A stretch of DNA of 64,000 nt from Stegostoma tigrinum (lineage: Eukaryota). This document shows positions 11,817-24,627 of the stretch, piece after piece. Both the position numbers and the translations under genes were made by a program. The stretch is from contig NC_081377.1 in NCBI RefSeq assembly GCF_030684315.1, positions 30,132,001 through 30,196,000 on the forward strand, given 5' to 3'. Under the pieces are notes generated by a model, which was not told where the DNA came from, did no database searches, and worked only from the letters and a program-made list of their open reading frames with translations. Position 1 is the stretch's first letter; each line of letters opens with the position of its first letter.

Positions 11817-12872
11817 TTTCAATAAATGTTTATTCTTGTTTAGCAAAACATTTATTAAAGCAGTGTGGCATAAATATGAAGAACTCAGATATAGACAATT
11901 CCGAAAACAATGAATGATAAACTTAACTGACAGCTTCCATCTCTGCATCTTCTGTAAACTTGAGCTCATCTAAAACTGCACTTCATATTCTAGCTTATAC
12001 CAAGTCCTGGTCATCATTATTCCAGTGTTCATGGACCTGCAATGCCTTGACTTTAAAATTCTCAACCTTATGTTTAAAGTTTTTCCATTGCCTCACCACT
12101 TCCCTACCTCTAAACTCTTCCATAAAACCACAGTGCTCTGAGATCTGTGTGCACCTCAAATTCTGCTTTTATGTACTTTCACAATTATGTCTTTAGCTGG
12201 AATTCCCTCACAATCACACAACTATCTCTCTTTGCTCCTCAAAACCTGTTTCTCTAAGCTTTTGGTCAACTGTCACAATAACCAAAGGAGCTTAGTTTTA
12301 TTGATTAAATCACTACCAACATAAACACACATTATTTTCTGGTGTATTATCTCACCTGCAGACTTTATTCTGAACTAAAAAGGAGGTACGGTGTTAAATC
12401 AACATTCACCCACAACTCCAAAAGCAACATTCATGCTCTCTGGCTTGATTGGTAGGTACTAATTGACACCAATTAGCTTCATAGAGTGATGCAGAAAGAG
12501 ACCATTCAGCCCATCATGCCTGTGCTGGGTCCTTGAAAGAACTGTCCAATTAGGCCCACTCTGAAGCTCTTTGCGGACCATTCTGTCAAATGTTCCCCCT
12601 CATTTATCCATTTTGTTTTTAAAAAGTGCTTCCATCACACTTTTCAGGCAGTGCACCTCCATTCATAACTTAATGTAAAACATTGTTTCTTCAAGCTTTG
12701 TCCAGTTCAATTTAGAGATATTGGCAAAAGACTCAATCTGACAAAATTTTGAATTACAAAATTTCAATAAATGTTTATTCTTGTTTAGCAAAACATTTAT
12801 TAAAGCAGTGTGGCATAAATATGAAGAACTCATATATAGACAATTCCGAAAACAATGAATGATAAACTTAAC
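11817..12872 (+). repeat. 111-bp direct repeat pair (11817-11927 and 12762-12872), 1 mismatch
   Basis: tttcaataaatgtttattcttgtttagcaaaacatttatt...gataaacttaac occurs twice, offset 945; each copy has two minus-strand AATAAA hexamers. Confidence 0.95.
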
Positions 12873-13337
12873 AAAATTGTCAACATTGGTTTCCCAGCAC
12901 CAGGAAAAAAGAACAGTTCTATCTAACACAAAAAATTATATTCATGAAAATCGATTGTCTCAATTCAAAGACAAAGTTCTCTCTCCCAACCATTCTCCTA
13001 GAGGACATCGACACATCCAGAGAACGATTTTGCTGGTGTGAGATGAATATCCAATTGACACATTTATGGTCATGTTTAATTCTGGATCTTAATTAATCAC
13101 TGTGCCCAATATGTACACAAAAATGACTTAAAAGCCTTAATCTTGCATTGTACTAAAGTACACTGCAACTCACTGCCACTACACTGGCTGGGGTCTGGTT
13201 GAATCGGCAGTCAGATAACTTCACACACCACCTTTCCTTTTGTACACAACTCATTCCAGATGAGATTCTCCAAGAAATGAACTCATGATGCCTCTCTCAA
13301 ACATACAGATGAGAGGAACTCTATGCACTGGTGGGAA

Positions 13338-13483
13338 CTAATCTCTGGGCTCCTGGCATTCCCTACAATTGACCATATCATCAGAGTAATTTTCTATTTG
13401 GATGGTGATGGAATGGAAGTCAAACTTGCTTTGGAGTACGTGGTTAGCTTTAGCCAATATTTCCTGAGCATTTGCATCCTCAT
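13338..13483 (-). CDS. SLC30A2: SLC30A2 exon 8 (146 nt, terminal coding exon)
   Basis: ttgcag|AT; (D)EDANAQEILAKANHVLQSKFDFHSITIQIENYSDDMVNCRECQEPRD*; ZnT C-terminal TIQIE and CxxC. Confidence 0.95.
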
Positions 13484-14385
13484 CTGCAAGAAACACAGCC
13501 ATTAAAGTTCACAAATCACAAAAAACTAGCAAACATGAAGAGAAGAAATTGAAAAGGCTAATGGAATTGTGATCTTCATCTCAAGTGAATTCACTACTAT
13601 GATGCTGTAGCCTTAGTCTGAAAAAATATTGTCATTTCTGTTTTAAATTGTGGGCCTGTAATTTTATAAATGGAACGAGATTAGTATTGATTAGTAAAGG
13701 GATCAAAGGTTACAGGAAGAAAGTAGGAGACTGAGGTTGAGAAACATAGCCATGATTGAATGGCACAGGAGACTTGATGGACCAAATGGCCTAATTTTGC
13801 TCCAATGACCTTATGGTGTTATGAGACTTAGGCCATTTCCTGAATTTAGATTTCTTGATTAATATTTTGTAAGATAATGCCTTTAATACATTGAGGCACA
13901 AAAAAGGTCTTGGTAGATTTTTGAAGGGAGACAGTATCATGGACCTGCAATTTTTTTATAGGAACTGGATTGATTATGAAACATGGTTGTGTGCAGAAAA
14001 ATTCTAGTAAATGTGTCAACCAATTTTCACGTAGTAAGGTCCTAAACTTTGGTGACAATTAGAATTATCTGTGTTTGAGAGATTGTCAATGGGATAAACA
14101 TTGGACAGAGCACTAAAGAGAACTCCCCTCCTCTTCCCATAGTGCCAGGAAATCTTTTACGTCCATGCAAGGGCCCAGGTGAGACCTCATTTAACATCCC
14201 AAACAAAAGATGACAGCTGACAGTCAGCATATATGCATTACTGTGCTGATACTTTTCGCTTGAATTGGGTGTAAAAAGAATTAAACTCATAACCATCCCA
14301 CTCGAGAGGAAAGTGAGTCATGGGCTATACAGCTTTAATATACTTCCAGCAATCCATGTCAAAAGCCAAATACATTAACACTTAC

Positions 14386-14520
14386 CGATGGCAATGTGGA
14401 CAGACAACAACGGTTGGTTGATTGTCAGTGCCCAGATGTGGAGGCTATGCATAGTTTTCACGCCATCAATTAATAGGAGCGATTGTTTAACCTGATTAAA
14501 ATCCATTCCTTTTGGAGTTC
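14386..14520 (-). CDS. SLC30A2: SLC30A2 exon 7 (135 nt)
   Basis: tgacag|GA...ATCG|gtaag; (G)TPKGMDFNQVKQSLLLIDGVKTMHSLHIWALTINQPLLSVHIAI. Confidence 0.95.
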
Positions 14521-14769
14521 CTGTCAAAATGCAGTGCTGAGCTTCAGGAGGAATCGTGTTTGTCAATGAACATATTGTACTCTTATTTTCAGTCTTATAG
14601 TTTCCCATAACAACAAATGAATATCTCCAAATCTCTTGCTTTCTTGTCTTAGTTCTTCTTTTCTATGCGAAGACTGCTTCTTAACTGACTTCAACTCACT
14701 CCATGTCTGAAATTCAAACCCTGTCTCCCACACATTAGCAGAATGCAAAGGAAGATACATGTCATCCCC

Positions 14770-17633
14770 GATAACAGTGTGGAGCTGGATGAACACAGCA
14801 GGACAAGCAGCATCTCAGGAGCACAAAAGCTGACATTTCGGGCCTAGACCCTTCATCAGAGAGGGAGATGGGGAGAGGGAACTGGAATAAATAGGGAGAG
14901 AGGGGGAGGGGGACCGAAGATGGAGAGAAAACAAGATAGGTAAAGAGGAGAGTATAGGTGAGGAGGTAGGGAGGGGATAGGTCAGTCCAGGGAAGATGGA
15001 CAGGTCAAGGAGGTGGGATGAGGTGGTAGGTAGGAAATGGAGGTGCGGCTTGAGGTGGGAGGAAGGGATGGGTGAGAGGAAGAACAGGTTAGGGAAGCAG
15101 AGACACGCTGGGCTGGTTTTGGGATGCAGTGGTGGGTGGGGAAGAACTGGGCTGGTTTTGGGATGCAGTGGGGGAAGGGGAGATTTTGAAGCTTGTGAAG
15201 TCCACATTGATACCATTGGGCTGCAGGGTTCCCAAGTGGAATATGAGTTGCTGTTCCTGCAACCTTCGGGTGGCATCATTGTGGCACTGCAGGAGGCCCA
15301 TGATGCACATGTCGTCTGAGGAATGGGAGGGGGAGTTGAAATGGTTTGCGACTGGGAGGTGCAGTTGTTTGTTGCGAACCAAGCAGAGGTGTTCTGTAAA
15401 GTGGTCCCCAAGCATCCGCTTGGTTTCCCCAATGTAGAGGGAGCCACACCGGGTGCAATTGATACGATATAACACATTGGCAGATGTGCAGGTGATCATC
15501 TGCTTGATATGGAAGGTCATCTTGGGGCCTGGATAGGGGTGAGGGAGGTGGTGGGGGGGCAAGTGTAGCACTTCCTGCGGTTGCAGGGGAAGGTGCCGGG
15601 TGTGGTGGTGTTGGAGGGGAGTGTGGAGTGGACATGGGAGTCGCAGAGAGAGTGGTCTCTCCGGAAGGCAGACAAGGGTGGGGATGGAAAAATAGCTTGG
15701 GTGGTGGGGTTGGATTGTAGATGGCGGAAGTGTCGGAGAATGATGCGTTGTATCCGGAGGTTGGTGGGGTGGTATGTGAGAATGAGGGGGATCCTCTGGG
15801 GGCGGTTGTGGCAGGGGCAGGGTGTGAGGGATGTGTTGCGGGAAATGCGGGAGATGTGGTCAAGGGCGTTCTCGACCACTGCGGGGGGAAAGTTGCAGTC
15901 CTTGAAGAACGTGGACATCTGGGATGTATGGGAGTGGAATGCCTCATCCTGGGAGCAGATGCAGCGGAGGCGGAGGAATTGGGAATAGGGGATGGAAGTT
16001 TTTCCAGGAGGGTGGGTGGGAGGAGGTGTATTCTAGGTAGCTGTGGGAGTCAGTGGGCTTGAAATGGACATCAGTTTCTACCTCGTTACCTGAGATGGAG
16101 ACTGAGAGGTCCAGGAAAGGAAGGGATGTGTTGGAGATGGCCCAGGTGAACTTGAGGTTGGTGTGGAAGGTGTTGGTAAAGTGGATGAACTGTTCGAGCT
16201 CCTCTGGGGAGCATGAGGCGGTGCCGATACAGTCATCAATGTAACGGAGGAAGAGGTGGGGTTTCAAGCCCACTGACTCCCACAGCTGCCTAGAATACAC
16301 CTCCTCCCAACCACCCTCCTGCAAAAATTCCATCCCCTATTCCCAATTCCTCCGCCTCCGCCGCATCTGCTCCCAGAATGAGGCATTCCACTCCCATACA
16401 TCCCAGATGTCCACATTCTTCAAGGACCACAACTTTCCCCCCGCAGTGGTCGAGAACACCCTTGACCGCGTCTCCCGCATTTCCCGCAACACATCCTTCA
16501 CACCCCGCCCCCACCACAACCGCCCCCAGAGGATCCCCCTCATTCTCACAGACCACCCCACCAACCTCCGGATACAACGTATCGTCCTCCGACACTTCTG
16601 CCATCTACAATCCAACCCCACCACCCAAGCTATTTTTCCATCCCCACCCTTGTCTGCCTTCCGGAGAGACCACTCTCTCCGCGACTCCCATGTCCGCTCC
16701 ACACTCCCCTCCAACCCCAACACACCCGGCACCTTCCCCTGCAACCGCAGGAAGTGCTACACTTGCCCCCACACCTCCTCCCTCACCCCCATCCCAGGCC
16801 CCAAGATGACCTTCCATATCCAGCGGATGTTCACCTGCACATCTGCCAATGTGTTATATTGTATCCACTGCACCTGGAGTGGCTTTCTCTACATTGGGGA
16901 TACCAAGTGGAGGCTTGGGGGCTGCTTTACAGAACACCTCCGCTCGGTTCGCAATAAACAACTGCACCTCCCAGTCGCGAACCATTTCAACTCCCCCTCC
17001 CATTCCTCAGACGACATGTGCATCATGGGTCTCCTGCAGTGCCACAATGATGCCACCTGAAGGTTGCAGAAACAGCGACTCATATTCTGCTTGGGAACCT
17101 TGCAGCCCAATGGTATCAATGTGGACTTCACAAGCTTCAAAATCTCCCCTTCCCCCACTGCATCCCAAAACCAGCCCAGTTCTTCCCCACCCCCCACTGC
17201 ATCACAAAACCAGCCCAGCTCGTCCCCTCCCCCCACTGCATCCCAAAACCAGCCCAGTATGTCTCTGCTTCCCTAACCTGTTCTTCCTCTCACCCATCCC
17301 TTCCTCCCACCTCAAGCCGCACCTCCATTTCCTACCTACCACCTCATCCCGCCTCCTTGACCTGTCCATCTTCCCTGGACTGACCTATCCCCTCCCTACC
17401 TCCTCACCGACACTCTCCTCTCCACCTATCTTGTTTTCTCTCCATCTTCGGTCCGCCTCCCCCTCTCTCCCTATTTATTTCAGAACCCTCTCTCCATCCC
17501 CCTCTCTGATGAAGGGTCTAGGCCCGAAACATCAGCTTTTGTGCTCCTGAGATGCTGCTTGTCCTGCTGTGTTCATCCAGCTCCAGACTTTGTTATCTTG
17601 GATTCTCCAGCAACTTCGGTTCCCATTATCACT
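14770..17633. mobile_element. Head-to-head (fold-back) Penelope-like retroelement with RT C-terminus and GIY-YIG endonuclease; 16-bp TSD
   Basis: Left arm (minus) has RT 'FLRYIDDCIG' and 'LPFLDL'. Right arm ORF 16407-17060 has 'CNRRKCYTC' and 'NVLYCIHC...LYIGDT...EH...VANHFN'. TSD gatacatgtcatcccc at 14754-14769 and 17634-17649. Confidence 0.92.
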
Positions 17634-18189
17634 GATACATGTCATCCCCACTGGGGAGCTTTAGTCCTCAGCATTCCTCTCACTTCTTTCTCCTTCCACA
17701 CCACCACTGTCAACACTCTTCTCATAACTCTTCAAAATCAATGCAACCATCTTAATTAATTTTTGCTATACTCAACAGGCTTGATTTAGTGTGCTGTTCA
17801 GATTTCAGGTGACAGCACATCTTAAAGAGAACTTTGCTCAACATAAATTATTTGTTCTATGCACAGCATATTTCCAATTGCTGCATAAACACACATCTTA
17901 GAAACCATTTGCACGGCCTCCTCACTGCTGTAAATATTCCTTCATAGTTATTCTACCTCTTTCCATTTAACTCAAAGACTGACAATGTAATTTCCTACAG
18001 AAACTGATTCTTCCCTTACTCATTTACTCCTCATACCTTTCCAAATTCATAGTCTTCAGAAAGCCAAGGAAGATCATTCTTGATTTGCTTCAGATGTTCC
18101 CATGCTTTCTTCACTCTGTGGCATTCTGCATCTTTATATAACTTTTCTCAGCAGATCATCATGTTAATTTCCTGAACTTCACTGAATTG

Positions 18190-19150
18190 TTACGATTCGA
18201 CAGGAGACCATTCAGCCCATCATGTCTGACCACTGTCCAATGATCATTATGACTTAGTTCCATTCACTAGTCTTTTCCACATACCATTGCATGTTGTTTC
18301 AAATTATAAAAGCATCTAATGTCCTATTCAATGTCTCAATTGACTCCGTCTTCAACACACTTCCAGGCTGTGAATTTCAGACATAAACCACATACCGTGT
18401 GAAAGGTTTTTTTTCACATTACAATTTCTATATTTTCCAAATCGCTTTAAATCTGTCGCGCCTCGGTCTCAATCCTCTTACACATAGGAAAAGTTTGCCC
18501 TTGTACTGACTATACAGATTCCTTTATGATTTAGAAATCTTCTATCCAATCTCTTAGCTGCCCTTTCTCCAGGCCCAAATTCACCAATATTTCCCCATAA
18601 CTGAAGTTTCTCATCACTGGGATCATTTAAGTATATCCCTTCTGCAATGCACTGATATCCTTCCTATAGTATAGTGCCCAAAACACATACAATGCATCAA
18701 GCCTAACGACTGTCTTGCAAAAATTTAACGTAACCTCTTTGCTTTTGTACTCCATGACCCATTTATAAAGCCGAGGATCCTGAATGCTTTCTTAACTCCT
18801 CTCTACCGGACTCAAACTGTTTTCTCAAAATCACTCTTCACTTCTCTAATATGCTTTTTCATCTCCTCTTTGAACACCAGTCATTTTCTTAAGTGTCAAC
18901 TACACTTTCAACTGGAGACTTGTCATGAGCATTCGTTTACTTCTTTTTTGTTAATTTTTACATTTTTTTCACCCAGAGAGCTCTAGATTTGTTTGCCTTC
19001 TCTTTCAAGGAGAACATACATTGGATTGTACCCAAACCCTTTCTTCTTTGAAGATAGAACAATGTTTTCCTGCAGGTTTATCTTATCAACATTTCATTCT
19101 ACATGCCTCAGGTCCATTTTTTTTCAAACATTAAAATCAGCTCTCCCCTA
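18190..19150 (-). mobile_element. Degenerate CR1-like LINE relic
   Basis: Reverse complement resembles CR1 ORF2 3' end and tail (gggctgaatggtctcctg); many stop codons. Confidence 0.5.
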
Positions 19151-19163
19151 GTTAATTACTTGC

Positions 19164-19269
19164 CTTCCATCAGAATGCAGAGAACGTCCCTCAGGATAGA
19201 GATGGTTGTCCCCAGAACAAGAATGGAAAACAGGAAGGTGCAGATTGGATCCACTATCTTATATTCAGG
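19164..19269 (-). CDS. SLC30A2: SLC30A2 exon 6 (106 nt), GC donor
   Basis: atttag|CCT; [35 protein letters not shown]; ends GAAG|gcaagt. Confidence 0.93.
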
Positions 19270-20273
19270 CTAAATACAAATGAAACAAAAAACTTATTCC
19301 AATGGTGTGACCAAATATTTAAATAATACTTCACACTTGGAGATATGAAGTTTAACAAAAAATCAGTGGTGATCTGTTCAGGAAACTCTGATTCCTTAGC
19401 TCCTGTGCCAAACAGGAATATTATCAATCCTAGCGGAGTGCTTAAGCATGAACTAAACCTCAATATTTTAAGAGCAAATTGCAGCAAAGTACAATAAAGA
19501 ATAACGTACAATACATCCTCAAATTCCTTCACTGTACAATTGGCAGTTGCATATTCATCTATCTAAACACCAAGACCTGGAATTCTCTCCCTAAACCTCT
19601 CGTTTTTCCCCTATTCCTTTAAATTCCATGTCTTTGACCATCTCTTCAACAACAACTCAGTGCCAAATTTTGCTGAAAGTCATTCCTGAAGGACTCTTTC
19701 TCCTGCCCCTAACAATCCTCCAATAACATCTCCAGGAATTTAAGGCTAGTCATCTCAACATTGATAACAAATGCCTGGAGGAAAAAAAAACCACAGAACT
19801 GTAAAAATTGTTTATCACTCCCATGTGTGTTTTTTTTTAAATATTTTCATTTATTATTTCTAAAGTTATTGAAGATGGGTTAAAAATGCTTTTTGAGTAG
19901 GTGGAAAATCAGAGATGGGGCATGACAGCATATTACAGATTCTCAAGAAATGCAATCTGTAGAAATAGGATGTAATGACCTTGTTGATGAGCCTCAGAAG
20001 TAAGCTGTAATGTAACTGTAAACTCACTAATCATGCACTCATACTCAACTGGCCGGTTGGAGCCTATGAAGTGCAGGATATATTGCTGTGCACCCTTACC
20101 ATCATGTACAGCCTGTTAATAGATGCTGTTCAAAAGTAGCTTAGAAATAATGCCTGTGCTTAGATGAAGATCCAAGAAACACATTCTAGAATTATGCACT
20201 CCCCAAAATGTCCATTTTTAAAATTAGATGTACTCCCTTTAAAAGCCATGTTACTGAAAGACTGTTCCTATAC

Positions 20274-20466
20274 CTTAAAGTAGATGATATAGGCAGCTAT
20301 CAGGACACCAACGCTTTGCAACAGGTCTCCCACAACATGGATGAAGGCAGCTCGTACACTGGCATTCACATGGCTATTGGCATTGGACTCGATATCCTGT
20401 GATCTGACTTCTCCTGTGCTGCCGTGGCTGTGATTATGACCAGACTGATGAAGAATGATGCCCATT
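20274..20466 (-). CDS. SLC30A2: SLC30A2 exon 5 (193 nt), His-rich loop and TM5
   Basis: ccacag|A...AAG|gtatag; MGIILHQSGHNHSHG...NASVRAAFIHVVGDLLQSVGVLIAAYIIYFK (HxxxD zinc site). Confidence 0.96.
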
Positions 20467-21691
20467 CTGTGGAGAGTTAGTGAATAGGAATAGGTAAAAA
20501 GAGAATTTAGAATTGGGTGGATAGCAAAGACTGAAGTTTCAGTATATGGACAAAATTGGAGGTGAAAAGGATGATGGTCAAGTCTTTATTCTACACTGGC
20601 AAATACTGTCATGAACTTCACAGATAGGGAATGACCAAAGGTGTGTTCAGCTCTTAGCTGGAAGAATAAATTTACCATAATTGGTTTCAATGCAACTAGA
20701 ATAAGATGGGAGGGCATTTTATAAAGGATCAGGGAAAGTTTACAATTCTGATTGGTACTAAGTGATCTCTTGTGATATTTACTCCGGAATAAATGTCTGG
20801 CTTTTTAGAAATATTTATCCATAAAATGACAGCATTGCTGACAAGGCCAGCATTTATACCCATTCCTAATTGTCCTTGAGATGTTGGTGGTGAGCCATCT
20901 TCTTGAAATACTACAGTTTATCAAATGAAGGTACACCTACAGCACTGTTAAAAGAGAGCTTGTGAATTTTGACCAGCCAGTGAAAGAACAGCAAATTAGT
21001 TCCAAGTCACGGTGGTATGTAGCTTGGAGGGGAACTTGCTGATGGTGATGTTCCCACACATCTGCTTCCCCTGTCCTTCTTCACAAGACAGGTTATGCGT
21101 GTGGGATCTGCTGCTAATCAAACCTCAAGTTTTGCATATACATCTCTCATCACCACCCTCCGCCGCCTCCCCCCCGACTCCCCCACCCCAGTCCTCATCC
21201 CCAAGCCAAGTTTCCTGCAATGGAGAAGTCAAGCCCACTGATCTGTTGAAGCTCACTTTGACTTGAGCAGATACCAAGCAGCAGATGGGATAAGGCAAAA
21301 TTCAATTCAAGATCACCTGGTTCCCTCAGATTATCCAACCAACAATTCAACTGTGATTGGCTGATGAGGTATGATGTTAAAGAAGAATATAGCTCATCTC
21401 TTTGGGACTGCTGTAGACTCACTGATAGGCATTAATTGTTACGATTCATCAACAACTCTGTATCATTGTATTACACAATTCCTAAAATTGTAGAAGGAAA
21501 GCTCAATGGAATTGGAGTCTTTCTGGACCAATGATTCTCATGTTCTCACAGCTATTCAGTTATACTATTATAGCTAATAGGATAATCACGAGTATTGGAC
21601 TCTGCCTTCAGATAATCTCAATTTCAGTGACAATGGAGGGGGCAAAATTGTCTTTAATATCCCTGGACTCAGGAGGATGGGCAAATTATCT

Positions 21692-21842
21692 CAGAGATAG
21701 TAGGAACTGCAGATGCTGGAGAATTTGAGATAACAAGGTGTAGAGCTGGATGGACACAGTAGGCCAAGCAGCATCTGAGGAGCAGGAATGCTGACGTTTC
21801 GGGCCTAGACCCTTATTCAGACCCTTCATCCAGCTCTATATC
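21692..21842 (-). mobile_element. Short PLE terminal-repeat insertion with small inverted end and 14-bp TSD
   Basis: tgggcaaattatct at 21678-21691 and 21843-21856; contains gctgacgtttcgggcctagaccctt (hammerhead stem II/GAAA, reverse complement). Confidence 0.8.
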
Positions 21843-22480
21843 TGGGCAAATTATCTGTTGGATTTTTGCTCCTAATCTCTGCCCAGTAACTCCTAGTAAA
21901 AAGTGCAAATCCACTTTGAAATTCTCCCATGAAATATGGCAGGCCCACCATTCATTGCCCGTTTCTCACTGACCTCAAATGCAGTGTCTTTTGAGACCAT
22001 TTCAGAGGATAGGTAAGAACAGACAGCATTGTTGTGAATCTACATTCATATGTGGATTAAACCAGGTACAAATGGAAGACTTCCTCTCCCAAGCGATTGT
22101 TGTTATGGTCACCATTCCCAATACAGGATTTATATTCCTGAATTGTTAGATTGAACGCATTTAATCAATTTAAGTTCAATTTTGCATCCACATCACCGGT
22201 TTGCACATCTGGTTTACTAGTCCAGTTACATTACCACTGCATTAACATCTACTACCCAATCTGGTTTCATTGTTACAGTAATCAGTGACACCTGAAGTAA
22301 CAGGCAGAAAAGAATTGCATTTAGGCAATGACAAAAAGAGTGGATAATTAAAAAAGTTACTGAATGGTGGCTAGTGTTTAGAGAAACGACATCCTGGCAA
22401 GAGTCTGATCTCTCCTGAAAGAAGTGAAGGAAGTTCATTTAAAAAGTAACAAAATACTACTTAGACAAGAGGATACTCAC

Positions 22481-22634
22481 ACAATATTGACTGCAACAGC
22501 ACCTCCTGAGGTGATTACCATGGCGCCACCTTTAATCTCGTACTGCCCAGAAATGAGTCGCTCAACCGCCAGATAGACAAGCACACCGGTCACCACCCAG
22601 ATGGACAGCACAGAGACCAGAGCTCCGAGAATCT
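22481..22634 (-). CDS. SLC30A2: SLC30A2 exon 4 (154 nt)
   Basis: ctgaag|AG...ATTGT|gtgagt; (E)[50 protein letters not shown]. Confidence 0.95.
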
Positions 22635-24627
22635 CTTCAGGACACCAGGAGAAGAGCAAAGTTCATTCATATAAAATAATTTGTCAGAACGTCGTACAGG
22701 AAATCTCAAATTTACAATACTAGTAGATAGCTATTGCATCTCAACTAAATGTAATGTACGGAAGTACAAACATCTCAGATTTAACAAAATCCTTCCAGAA
22801 ACCAGATCGAACTTAACATGCCAGCATGCCTTGAGAAGTTAAGGATCAGATTTCTGCAGTAACCTCTGTACGGGACTACGGAATTACTGTGGTTTCATGG
22901 TATTCATCGAAACATGAGCAAAAGCAAGCCTTTCAGCACCTGGAACCTGCTGTGCTATTCCACACAATGGCTGATCATCTGCCTCAATGCAACTTCTCAC
23001 TTATTTCACAGGATATGGGCATTTAAGTTTAATTTTGAGCCCACATCTCCAGAGCACTGATTTGCACATCTGGTTTGCTAGTCCAGTAACATTACCACTG
23101 CATTAACATCTACTACTCAATCTTGTCTTTATTGGCTAGGCCAACATAAATTGCCCACCCCTGATTGGCCAGAGGGCAGTTTTAAGTAATTGCTGTGGGT
23201 CTGGAGCCAAATGTTGGCCAGACCAGGAGAGGATGGCCATTTTCTTCCCCAAAGGAAGAAATGAATCAGATGTGTCTTTTCCCAACAATCAACGTTTTTA
23301 TGGTCAACCTTAAATTGTTAAGTACAGACTTGTTTTTATTGACAAAAGATTGCATCATCTACCAAGGTGTCTTTTGAAGCCAGAACATTACCTGGATTTC
23401 TAGATTAACAGTCTAGTGAGAATACCATTACATCATTGCCTCCACATACCCCTCGATGTCATTATTGTTTGAAATTTATTGCTTCTCTTGAACAAACTCA
23501 ATTACTGAGTTTCTGCTGTCCTCTGGGGATACAGCATTCCAAAGATTCACTATCCTCTGGGTAAAGAAGTTCCTCATCTCAATCCTAAACAGCTTGGCCC
23601 TTATTTTGAGTGAGGTCTCCCCCAAACCTCAAGCCAGTTTTAGACCATCCTACATCCACTCCCAACCGAGAAAAAGATCCTTTGTGCATCCACTCCATCT
23701 AATCTAAATATTGATACCAAAGAGGTCCAGACTACTACTGCATAAACATCTGTCATTGTCTGCACCAAGCTAGAAAATCAAGCTGATTAAAAGTGGTTAA
23801 TGATATCAAGACTGGAAAACCACAAGGCTACAGTTGGGACACATTTTAGATAAAGGAGTGGACCTGGAGAAATGCCACAAAAACAAACCTTTAAGATGTT
23901 ACATGATGAGGAACTTCTGCAATGCAATCCTGCTGATAATGATATCGAAGCCTACTGGTTACAGAACAGGAAAAGAGATGCCAATGACAGATAATCACTC
24001 ACATGGTCTCAGACACACACATATTGGGAGTCTAGCTCAGTTTTCAGCAACAAACGCACAATACTGTCCCTGCCCTCAGCAAATAGCACATAAAACCTCC
24101 AGAAGCAAAACTAGTCTTCATAATCAGCTTCAGCAGGAAGAATAAAAACAAAAATATTTTAAATCAAATCGGATTTGACACTTAAAGCAGATAATTCACA
24201 ACACTCAAAATGAACCTTACCATCTCAATTTCAACTCATTTAGGATTGATCATTAATGGTTTCTCTATATCAATCTCCTGTTTCTTTACCTATGCCTAGA
24301 TCAACCTCTTTTTGCTCTACACCATTATCAATTTTAGTCATTTTATTTCCTGTATCATTGGAATTTCTATTCATTCTTTGCTATCCTTCACTTGGTCACC
24401 TTACCCTTTCTTTGCACTGATATAAAAATTGTTATATTTCTAACAACTTCCAGTTCTGACAAATGACCATCAACCTAAAGATTTGTTTTTTTCTCTCTCT
24501 TCTCAGGTCACCAATTAAGACCAAGAGTTTCCCATGTTTCCAGGATTCACAACATTTTACTTTTCAATTTCTTTTGCAATTTGGCCCACAGGGATCATGG
24601 GCAGCTTTGAAAAGGAAAAGCACCCAT

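Noticed and set aside
17139-17260. Three ~39-bp repeats (cccccactgcatcccaaaaccagcccag) that could be mistaken for a CRISPR array
   Set aside because: Tandem units without unique spacers, inside a PLE 3' region, in a eukaryotic genome with no cas genes
14815-17550. Many long overlapping Pro/Ser-rich or Gly/Trp-rich ORFs
   Set aside because: Alternative-frame and antisense shadows of the C-rich Penelope arms, not independent genes
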